Below, piece by piece: positions 27,931 through 39,286 of a DNA stretch of 64,000 nucleotides (within the stretch, counting starts at the first letter, position 1; every line of letters begins with the position of its first letter). The position numbers and the translations under genes were made by a program. Origin of the DNA: Octopus vulgaris (taxonomy: Eukaryota); contig OX597831.1 in the NCBI GenBank assembly GCA_951406725.2, positions 53,134,001 to 53,198,000 of the forward strand, in the 5' to 3' direction. Below the pieces are notes generated by a model, which saw nothing but the letters and a program-made list of their open reading frames with translations, did not search any database and was not told the DNA's origin.

Positions 27931-28937
27931 AGACAGTTTCATAGGTCGGTGTTGGTCAAATGCCATTGACTTAGCTTGCTTCACTGACTGGCTGGCTTGC
28001 TGTAAGTTCTCTGTGTCTCGCTCTGCCTCTGGTTCCTACTCTCTACTGCCTACACCTGCCCCTGCTGTCAATGGAAGCTCAAGCTATGTATGATGATTAC
28101 ACAGTTGTAGACAAGACACACTTTCAGTGCTGGTGTGTCCTCCCTTGTCAGATGGCTGTCTTTTCAATGGTAGTACTATGTTCTAACTACCATTATATCA
28201 TTGTTGATTCTTCTACCGATTCCTGTGATGAAAATAATGTCTGGGCACCAATGTGAAAGAAGGAAACAAAAAGAATGAAAGAAAGAAAGAAAGAAAGAAA
28301 AGACTGATAGACTTTGAAAAACTGGAGCAAAACAAAAACAAAAAAAAATGAAAAAGAAGAAACAAGCGGCATTTCAGATCACCTGTGTTCGTGGAGATAG
28401 TGGTATTTGCGGCATTTACGGTTGTGAGTGCTGTTCTGTAAAGAATGGTCAGTTTGTATATTCACACACATATGAAAACACATACATCTCTACATGCACA
28501 CACACACACACATACAGAGGCACACGTTATACATATTTATGTAGATATGTTTGTTAACAATCAATACGTAGACACCTCATTGTGCTTGTTTAGTTTAACA
28601 TTTTGTTTTATGAAAATTTAGCTTCAGTATCTTTTTTATAACTTTTGCTATGTTTTCCGTTGCTATTGCTGCTATCCTTTCTAATTCTTTTTCTTTTTAT
28701 CCTCCACTTCATTCTTATTGTATTCATAGAATATCCATTTTTTTTTTTGTATGAAAATATGTTTTTGATTTCTTATTAGGCACTTTTTCTCTGTCTTTAA
28801 GAAATTTGTGTAATATTCATTGCAATTGGTCAATTCAGAAACAACAGTTACATATTTAGTTCTGCTAAGTACAATATACTTTTTTTAATGTTTTTTATAA
28901 TATTTTTTTCAAACTGTTAGTTGTCTTCTTATCAAAA

Positions 28938-29064
28938 TGCTTTGTTTTTATTTATTCTAACTACATTCCCTTATGAAGAAATATAACTATATAACTTCAA
29001 AATGAAGTTATATAGTTATATTTCTTCCTAAGGGAATGTAGTTAAAATAAATAAAAACAAAGCA
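28938..29064. repeat. Near-perfect palindrome (~62-bp arms, 3-nt spacer)
   Basis: TGCTTTGTTTTTATTTATT...TAACTTCA AAA TGAAGTTA...AATAAATAAAAACAAAGCA. Confidence 0.95.
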
Positions 29065-29359
29065 AACAAAATAGATATAGAGTAATTATTGGTAGACTAT
29101 TGGCACAGATGATTTGTTTTCATTGATGAAGATTTCTGTAGAACTAGCCATGCTTCTTTTTGGAAATGCTGGAAGCAGAAAGTTGATGCAAATGTTTGCC
29201 ACAAATTTTAATGAATAACATACCTCAGGCTTTTTTTTATTATTAGATTTCTCCATCTGCTGGGTTTGTTGCCTTTGCCATCATTTAGGATTCACCCACC
29301 CTGATAGGCCAAATGCACACCTGGACAACAAACCAGAAATTTCTAAGTCCTTGCATGTA

Positions 29360-29390
<31 letters not shown>

Positions 29391-30090
29391 TGAGAAAATG
29401 GAGAAATTGACATATAGATATCAGTTTATTCAAAGATATTTAAATCAGTATAATATGAAATTCATATCCCTACAGCCATTTCCTTATCAAATTGATTCAG
29501 TAAGAGAAATTAAATTAAATCGAACAAAATTTAAAATTTTCATATTGAAACTAGTTAATTCAAGGGAGAATTTCCAGAAAGGAGTTACATTCCAACATTA
29601 AATTATTCTAACTAATGTTCTCATTTTGGTTGTTCTAGTCACAACCTTTCAGCCATTGTGTCTTCCAACTTTTTTCAGATGCCTGTTATATTCAATAATC
29701 TTGGAATTTCAAATGAAACCATTTCTTAAATTCCCAGAGGTAGATTATTCTCATTCCATTGTCCAAGGCAGAATTATTCTCCTACTTGTGAAACCATCTG
29801 AAACAGTATTTATACTGACCCAGTATTTAACTAATGTCCACTAGCTCAATTACTATATTCAACACTTATATTCACTAACCCATTGTCTTGTAGGACAGTT
29901 AAATAGCAAACATTTGGTGTCTCAAGCCTGATTTTTCAATATTGCTGTAGGTTATTTTAATTATCTATTTATCTATGTAAACTTAAGACCAAGATACTTA
30001 ACGCTAATAGATATTAAAGAAAGTTTATTATCTGAAGTGTAAATTGAATATGGATACATAAATTATAACATTACCTGCTGACAGGTTAAC

Positions 30091-30144
<54 letters not shown>

Positions 30145-30418
30145 CACAAAATCTTCGTCGAAGACTTATTATTCACTGTTGTTAAAGTCTAGCTTCAACA
30201 ACCAATCATATTGCTGAACATAGTTCTGCAGGTTGAACTATGGTGTCTTGTTGATTCAAAATTTCACAGTTCTTAAAACGGCAGTATTGCTCTATAAATA
30301 GTTATCACTATTGAACGAATGCATGCATGATATAGTGGTCTTGTGCCTATGTTGTATATCATAATTTAACTAATGAATAACATTGTTTTATTATCTTGGA
30401 ATGAAGTTTAAGTGCATT

Positions 30419-31115
30419 TAACTAGCAAACAATCCAAAGGTATACTAACTAGCAAGTGATTTAATCATGGGTATGTTATATTAATTAATCAGCATTTTGA
30501 TAGCGAGTAGGATATACTAACTTGCAAAAGCTTTATAGCATGCATGACAAATTAACTAACAAATAATTTGATTATATGATATGTGGCACATAGTTCAGTA
30601 GTTACAGGATCGGACTTACAATTATGAGGTTGTGAGTTTGGTTCCTGGACAGGACTGTGTGTTGTGATCTTGAGCAAGATACTTTATTTAACATTGCTTC
30701 AATTCAGTAGGCTGTAGAAATGAGCTGTGACATCATTGGTACCAAGCTGTATCGGTCTTTGCCTTTCGCTTGGATAACATTGGTGGCATGGCAAGGGGAG
30801 ACTGGCATGCATGGGCGATTGCTGGTCTTCCACAAACAACTTTGCATGGACTTGTACCTCAGAGGAAACTTTCTAGATGCAGTCCCATGACCATTCATGA
30901 CCTTTACCTAAACTAACTAACAGACAATTTGATAATGGAATGAAAAGCTAACTAGCAAGCAGTTTGATGGTGACTTGATATACTAACTAATAAGTAATTC
31001 GATATCAGATGTATTTAACTAACTAGCAAGCAGTTTGATAATGGCTTGATAAAGGCTTTGTAGTACTAACAAGCAGGTAGTTTGTTAGGGGCTTGATTTA
31101 CCAACTAGCAAGCAT
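30419..31115 (+). repeat. Degenerate ~33-38-nt tandem array (consensus ~TACTAACTAGCAAGCAGTTTGATA), split by a SINE
   Basis: Units at about 30419, 30444, 30515, 30553, 30911, 30948, 30981, 31017, 31064 and 31100. Confidence 0.75.
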
Positions 31116-32311
31116 TTTAATAGTTGATATGGTGTGCTGTGTTGACATGTGGCCTAGTGGTTATGATGTTGCACTCATAAACATTAGATTGTAGTTTAGA
31201 TTTCCAGATGAGGCAATATGTTGTGTTCTTAAGCAAAACATTTATTTCATGTTACTCCAGTCCACTCAGCTGTAAATGAATAACCTTGTAATGGACTGGC
31301 ATCCCATTCAGAGAGAATGTAGTGATTACAGTCTCTTGTTTGCTATGGAAACTAGGTAACCAACCTAATGGTTCCTAAAGCTCAAGGCCGACATGATATA
31401 TTAACTGGAAAAGAAATTGAAGTTGGTTTTGGCATACTAGGCAATAAAAAGGTGGAGATTGTGCTTGATAACAATAAACTATGTTAACTTGTATTGAAGG
31501 CCAATCTCAAAACGCTGATTCTTATGAAGCAGATGGCAGAGGACTGAGATATGTAGCACATTACTGTACTCAGGACCCACCCACCACAACAGAATTGAGA
31601 TCCTAAAATCAAGGTGCCATGTAAAAAGCATTGGTGATGGTGCCATGTAAAATACGCCTAGTACACTCTGTAAAGTGGCTGGTGTTAGGAAAGGCATGCA
31701 GCCATAGAAACCAAGCCTAAACAGACTATGGTACTTGGTGTAGCCCCTGGCCTTGCTAGTTCTTGTCAAGCCATCCAACCTATACCAAGATGGAAAACAG
31801 ACGGACATTAAATGTTGATGATGATGATATTAACTATTGCCTCATATAACTTCATTATTTTTAAGTAAATACATTTTTCTAGTTACTACTTTTATCAATG
31901 AGTTGATTGATATCTCATTTGGTCTGATCTGTAACTTTTAGATTGTTTTAAATATAGTTTGCTCAGTCCATAAAGTACTAACTAGGAAAGACAGTCATCA
32001 AAGTTTAGTTATTAAATAGCGAAATTATTCTTTCATATCTGTTAGGACCAGTTTGTTAGAAATTCAGTTGTTATTGATTAGTCACAGCTAAAATTCTAAC
32101 AAACTTATTATTTCTTCAGTACCAAATTTGAATATTACCAAATTTCTTAATTTAACCTTTCTATCCCTCTTCTCTATCTCTCATCTTTTTTTTTCTTTCT
32201 TCACTTTTCATTTTGCTTTTTCCGTCATTTTTGTTCTCTCTCTCTCTAAATTTTTGTTTTTGTTATTATTTATTTCATTATTGCCATTGCATGATGTTGC
32301 TATTGATAAAG

Positions 32312-32394
32312 CCATGCCTGTGCGTTGGAAGGTTAGGTTTTCGCACATAGTTTAGCCTGTTGCCAGATCTAACTCTTCCAGCTCATAGTTGTGG
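32312..32394 (+). ncRNA. mir-750: microRNA precursor mir-750 (mature 3p 32363-32385; star 5p ~32323-32345)
   Basis: CCAGATCTAACTCTTCCAGCTCA is the recalled miR-750-3p sequence. It pairs with CGTTGGAAGGTTAGGTTTTCGCA with a 2-nt offset, has a lower stem CCATGCCTG/TAGTTGTGG, and a CNNC (CAGC) at 32402, 17 nt after the 3' arm. Confidence 0.95.
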
Positions 32395-32536
32395 GGTACA
32401 GCAGCAGCAGCAGCCTTGATGAAAAAGAAAAGAACAAAAAAAAAACATAACAGAAAACAGTTCTCTGACAAAAACCCAGCGATCTGACAATGTTTCTTCC
32501 TACTTCTCATTTAAACATAATAATGCTTCCATCTCA

Positions 32537-32568
<32 letters not shown>

Positions 32569-34480
32569 GCACACACACACACACTCACACACACACTCAC
32601 ACACACACACATACAATCACAATGATTACTAACTTTACAAGTAATTTAATTGTTCACTTTTGTATTTGGTATGCAAGATTCTTGGTGTGAACTCTTGTGT
32701 TTAAACAGACTTTGTCGTATTTTGAGAAGGTCATTTTGCCAACAATAATCACACACATTGGTTCTGTTTCACTTATTGTTATTATTATTATTATTATTAT
32801 TATTGGTCAATTCATTAACATTTAACCAATTAAGTAATTGACAGTTTGATCACTAAATCAGTCAGCTAGGTTCATCAAAGTCTTTTCATCATCAGTCCCA
32901 AGTTGACCAATGGCTTGTCCTCCTCACAACTCCATCGTTTACTGCTTCAGGTTTCCCTGCCTAATTATTCTGTTTGTTAGAAACTTCCATGTTGTGTGTT
33001 GAACTTCCTTAGCAGAAATTTTCTTGCTGTCCAATGTTATTTCTACCTGTTGATAATTATTTTCTGTGTGCCAGTGGCACGTAAAAAGCACCCGCTACAC
33101 TCACGGAGTGGTTTGCATTAGGAAGGGCATCCAGCTGTAGAAACACTGCCAGATCAGACTGGAGCCTGGTGCAGCCTCCTGGCTTCCCAGTCCCTGGTCG
33201 AACTGTCCAACTTGTGCTAGCACGGAAAACGGACGTTAAACGATGATGATGATGATGATGATGACCTCACTTTTAGTTAGTGAGCAGAAGATGATCAAGA
33301 TATTTCAGTCGTTTAGTTTGGTTTGGAATATATTTGAGCCCCTTCTTGTTCAATTGCATCACCAGCCAGAGAAAGCATGGGAAGGGGAGAGAGAGAGAGA
33401 GAGAGAGCAGTTGGTAATGGGTGGGGAACATAAGACGAGCCCAGTTTGCATAAAACTCGACTCCATTTGAACTAGAAACTTTTGTTTCTCAGCTGAGGTT
33501 TGCAATACTCTTATCCATTTGGCAATTATCAAATTTAGCACAGGTGTAAATATTAAAACATTTTCCTTCTCTAAAGATGAAGTTAACAACCTCTTCAACT
33601 ATAATGCTATTAATTCCTCACTATCTCAAACACCTTTATCTCTTATTTTTGTTTCCATCATTGGACTGTGGTTATGCTGGGGCAGTGCATTTAGTGGAAC
33701 AGATTGATCCCAATATCTACTTTATTAGTCTGGTACTTCTGTTGGTTGTTTTTTGTCAAACTGCTACATTCCAGGGACGTAAACAAACCAATATCAGTTG
33801 TCAAACAGGAGTGACACACACACACACACACATACACACACCACATCAATATCCAGCCTACTCTCATTTGTTCTAATAAATCTTGGTATGCCACGTCTTT
33901 TAGCTGTTTTGCCCAATATAGTAAACTTTTTTGTATTATCTAGTAGAGCAACTATGGTGTCATTTAGAGACTAACAACTCTGAAACTGTCTATGTAGCTG
34001 GATACAAAACAATTTTGCAATTGTTTATCAAAGTGTGCTTCCATGAATTTCATTAACTCACCTTTTATAATAGTCTTCTCTCCTTCCCTTTTATATATAT
34101 ATACATGCATACACACACACACACACACACACATAGTTTTTATTCCACCTCTGTTTGCTTTTCACTGACTTCTTGTCGCTCACCACTCAACACTTTTTCT
34201 GATAACCAAATGTTCATCCTACATGCTGTATCATATCAGTACAGAATTAGAGTCGTCTTAAAATTTTCTTTCTTTTTCTTTTTTAACTAGATATGGCTGC
34301 ATGGCTAGGAAGCTTGCTTTGCAACCATGTGGTTTTGGGTTCGTTCCCATTGCACAGCACCTTGGGCAGTACTGTAGCCCTAAGCCAATTGATTCCTTGT
34401 GAATGACTTGGTGGATGGAAACTGTAGAAGCTGGCTACATGTATATATGTGTGTATAGAGTGTTAGGTATGGTGTACAGA

Positions 34481-34678
34481 TATTGAATATCGAGAAAAAA
34501 AGGTCGCCAGAATTTTAGGAAAAAATCTTTTTATTTATTTGTTATTATTAGTGCTTTCGTTTGTTTCTTGAACAAATTCTATTTGACAAGTTTGAAAAAC
34601 GAACAAAAGCACTAATAATAATAATGAATAAATGAAAAGATTTTTTTCCAAATTTCTGGCGACCTTTTTTCTCAATAA

Positions 34679-34684
<6 letters not shown>
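34481..34684. repeat. Palindromic MITE-like element
   Basis: GAGAAAAAAAGGTCGCCAGAA...TTAGTGCTTT vs AAAGCACTAA...TTCTGGCGACCTTTTTTCTC. Confidence 0.85.
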
Positions 34685-34713
<29 letters not shown>

Positions 34714-36031
34714 CAACAGGTTTCCACACAGTTTATATATGTGTGAGTGTCCTTTCACACTGCTTGACAACCAGTGCTGGTTTATTTGCATCCTGTAATT
34801 TAGCCGTTCAGCAATAAAAATCAATAGAATAAATACCAGAGTTAAAAAAAAAAACAAATACTGGGTGTTCAGTCTGAGTAAAACTCTACAAGGCAATGCC
34901 CCAGTATGGTCACAGTCTAATGAAGAAATAAATAAAAATTGCTTTACGCCCATTTTCTTAGATTAGCATAGGTGGAAATACATTTCAACCCACTTTCTTC
35001 ACTTTAAAAAATTCAGACATTTGCTTATTGTTGATCAAGTGGTTTTTTTACATCTGGTTGCCCTTTAAATTTCTAACCACTTGACAGTATTATCATTATT
35101 ATTACCATTATTATTAATGGTGATAGTAGTAGCAGTAGTAGTAGTCAGGGTCTCTGAGAAGAGTTTATTATTACTGTTAGTAGTAGTAGTAGTAGTAGTG
35201 GTAGTAGTAGTCAGGGCTTCTGAGAGGAATTTCATCAGCATGTACAAATTTTCTTTCAGAGACCCCTCCTGTTCCCTTCTGTGAATGCTAGTCTTCAGTA
35301 TGTGCAGACATTTTCTGAGATCCTAAGAAATTCTTGACTTGAATATGATGTACCTCCTGCAGCCACCTTTTCCCCATATCCTGTCTTGTAGACTGCAGTG
35401 ATGGTGGTGGTGGTGGTAGTAGTAGTAGTAGGAGTAGTAGTAGTAGTTCACTGCTAAAGTAACATATATGACTTAGCCCATACAGTATAGTCAGTTTTGA
35501 ACTCTAATACTTTAATGTCACAAGCATAATCATTGCCACCATACCACCACCACCACCACCACCACCACCACTGCTACTGCCATCGTCATCATGAGCACAG
35601 AGTGGTGCAATAGCTACCTCTGGAATCTTATCATTTATCTTTTATGTGTTTCAGTAATTGGACTGCAGCCATGCTGGAAACACCACCTTGAAGGGGTTTG
35701 TTAAATAAATCAATCCCGGTGCTTATTTTTTTAAGTGTGGTACTTATTCTGTTGGTCTCTTCTGCCAAACTGCTTAGTTACAAGCTCACGAACCAACTGG
35801 CACCAGTTGTCAAGTGGTGGGTGGGGACAAACACAAAGGTGCGTGCACATACACATATGTATGATGGCCTTCCACACAGTTTTTGTCCACCAAATCCACT
35901 TACAAGACATTGATCAGCTTGGGCTTATAGTAGAAGACACTAACTCAAGGTGCCTCATAGTGAGATTCAACCTGAAACTGTATGGTTGCAGAGTGAGCTT
36001 CTTAACCACATAACCACACAGCTATTCCTTC

Positions 36032-36091
<60 letters not shown>

Positions 36092-38161
36092 CGTCCATAC
36101 ATACATACACACACCCACTTTTATTGTTTTATTCCCTTGTTTCAGTCATTTGACTGTGGCCTTTTGTCAAACAAATCAACCCCAAGAATTATTCTTTGTA
36201 AGCCTATTATTTATTCTATCAGTCTCTTTTGCCAAGCTGCTAAGTTACTGGGACGTAAACACACCAGCATCGGTTGTCAAGCGATGGTGGTGGGGGGACA
36301 AGCACAGACACACACACACACTTATCTTATCAAGGTTAGGTCTTTTGAGTTACATGTACAATCCATCTAGTGGCTTACCAAACAGCTTTGGTTTATTTAG
36401 GTTCACCCACAAAATTTGGATTTATCCATTTAACCAAAATGCCACACACTGGGATTGAACCTGGTACCTCATGATTGTGAAACAGGCCATGCCACATCTA
36501 TTTATCTTATGTATACATCTGGGATATTTGGCTCTTTGCTTGCAGCAATATATAATCATACTGGATTATTTGCCAGCTAAACCAGGAACCCCATCATGTT
36601 TGTTCCTTTGAACGAGTTTGAGAGATTCTAGCAGAAGTGAAAATGATAGCTGTCTAAGTAGTGATACCAGTTGTCATTGTTGTTCTTCAGGTACTGAGAG
36701 AAGGCATCAGAGTGAAAGACTGTGGCATTGCTGTTCCTCTACACTTGGACTAGTCTCCCATTGTCTCAACATGGCTGTGCTGTGGATGATAGCTGCAATT
36801 CAGTTTCAAGTAATGCCATTGTTTGATTGTCCTCTGAAACATGAGCAATATGTATGTGGCTTTTCGCTCCTGCTAGAGACTTGCAATCTTTTGGACAATT
36901 GTAGCAATGATGAGTATCTTTGGCAGTAGATGTTATAATATTGTTGTGGTGAATCTTAATATAACATTTCAGTCTGCCTTGTGATAAACATGCTTTTCTG
37001 CTGTATATAATTCATAGCTAACAACTTCCATGTGCATGTGGTTTCTCTTTTCATTTCTAAGGTTTGCTTAATTTAGACAAACATGCCCACATTCATTACA
37101 TGTTAAACTGAGCCATATGCCTGAAACTTTAAATGCTAAGCACTATTTGGATCAAACTCGAGTCTCTTTCTTCACACTAATGAAATTTGTTGGTGAATGC
37201 TCCCAGAGTGATGAACAAACCTTGGAAATATCCTTGACAAGGAAATACCAAAAGAGAGAGAGAGAGAGAGTGAGTGAGTGTAATGAATAATCTACTTAGA
37301 TTCTTACCACTGTAGACTGATTGTTCATACAAAATCTTGTTTTATGTCTGTACATATTCACTCAAATATATATATATATCCACACACACACGTGCACGCA
37401 AGGAAATGAACTTCACAGTACAGACAAGTCCATATTGAGGATAATGAATTCTTAATTGGATGCGTAGTTTCAATATTGTGGGTGAGGCTAATTAGGAAGT
37501 TGTGGCTGAATGATTTTTAACCATAAGTCTGCTCAATCAAGACTGAACTGGGGCTAAACATGCTATTTAACCCTTTGGTTACCAACTCATCTTCCACAAT
37601 CTCTTGTTCTAGGACACAAACATCTTGTTTTAAAAGGGTCTAAATTAAAATCTTCCATCAAAATTTTGTGTTTATTTAAGTTCCAAGCACCAGCTTAATA
37701 ATGACAAAATTATCTAACTAAATCTTAATTATTTTAAAAATTAGTTAAGACAAAGGGAGTATATTTCAGCAGAAATATGGTAATGAAAGAGTTAAAGAAA
37801 TAGCAGTCTCTAAAGAGAAAGAAAACTATCAAATTTCTATTACCAAAAAGAAAAAAATTATTGTCAGCTTTAGTTTATTTGCTTGCCTGAAACTTGAGAT
37901 TTAATCTACATTTTGCAATAGTTTTTATCCTTTCTTTCTTGCCAATTAGTAAGATGGTCATTCTTTAATATCAGACTATTAACATGCTATGTACTCTCCA
38001 CATGCTGGTACTTGTAGATTTTCTTGATAGGAGGAGCATATTTTATCAAATAGAAATCTGTCTGTTTCTCGCTCTTTCCCTCCTATTGTTTCCTCCTTCT
38101 CTTAAAGATGGTTGTGTATCTAAAATAATTTCTTTATAAACAAATCTCCTTTCTATATATT

Positions 38162-38192
<31 letters not shown>

Positions 38193-38502
38193 CCCACACA
38201 CGCATATATAAAATGTTTTGGAATGTGACCTCTTTAGAACTTAGAAACTGTATACTGATACCAAACAAATGAAAGAGAACATGAATGTTTTGGCTTACTC
38301 TTATGTTTTATTCACACTTAATTTCTTGTTTTCCTTTGTTTGTTTGTTAATGTTGTTGTTAAGCCCTAAGCAAGCCCTGACCAATTAGATCTGTGATCAA
38401 AGATATTTCAGCCGTGACCTCTCATCTTATTTTTAGATGTAGTGCATCTAAGACTACATTATCACTATTATGTCCTCTCCATTATTTTTTAAGATGGTTA
38501 GT

Positions 38503-39286
38503 CAGTGGTTCTCAAATGGTATGCTGTGGTGCATCAGTGTGTCACAAGATGTAACTTGATGTGTCACGAAAATAATGATATTATATTTTTAAAAATGTGA
38601 AAAATACAAACTAAAATCTTAGATATAATATCTTAACCCTTTTGAAACCAACCTGCTTGAAACTGCCCCAGGTTCTATGACATAAACTTACTGTTTTAAA
38701 GAAGTTTAAATTATAATCTTCCATAAAAATTTTATGCTAATTTGTTCCAATCTTCTGCTTAATAATGAGAAAGTTATTTTAAGAATTATTTAAAACAAAG
38801 ACATTATATGTTGACAGAAATATGGTAACAAAAGGGTTAATATACAGTCACGACCAAAAGTTTGGAACATTTTTTAAAAATTCAAATTATTATGCCCAAG
38901 TACAATTCAATTCAAATATATACAGCATAGGGATATACTTACCTAATAACTGATCCAATGGTTCAATTAGAAAATATTGAACCGTTAGATCAATTATTAG
39001 AAAAGTATGTATCTATGTTGTATATATTTGAATTGAATTGTACTTGGCCATAGCAGTTTCAATTTTTTTTTAAATGTTCCAAACTTTTGGCCACTACTGT
39101 AATATGAAATATCTCTGTAAATTTGTTAACTAAACTAAAATATGGTTATTTAAATTATTTATATTTATTGGTTAAAATACATAAATAGCTTTGTTTTTAA
39201 ATACATTTTTTATTTTATGCACAAAGGCCACCAAAATATTTATTTAAAGTATGCCATGAGTTAGCAAACAAGTTTGGGAACCACTA
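38503..39286. mobile_element. hAT-like MITE carrying two nested insertions
   Basis: CAGTGGTTCTCAAA ... TTTGGGAACCACTA. Contains a TTAA element (38633-38840) and a Tc1-type palindromic MITE (38845-39099). Confidence 0.65.
38845..39099. mobile_element. Tc1-type fold-back MITE
   Basis: TA|CAGTCACGACCAAAAGTTTGGAAC ... GTTCCAAACTTTTGGCCACTACTG|TA; arms are complementary over nearly the whole length. Confidence 0.85.

Noticed and set aside
28322-28365. Strong-looking minus-strand splice acceptor (poly-T...CTCCAG) suggesting an antisense nested gene
   Set aside because: No open frame or partner exons were found on the minus strand; the A-rich low-complexity tract explains it.
36500-37000. Unique-looking region with a 103-aa ORF; likewise 16330-16750 and 54530-54835
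   Set aside because: No recognisable domain or exon structure. They are probably old retroelement debris, but I cannot support a specific call.
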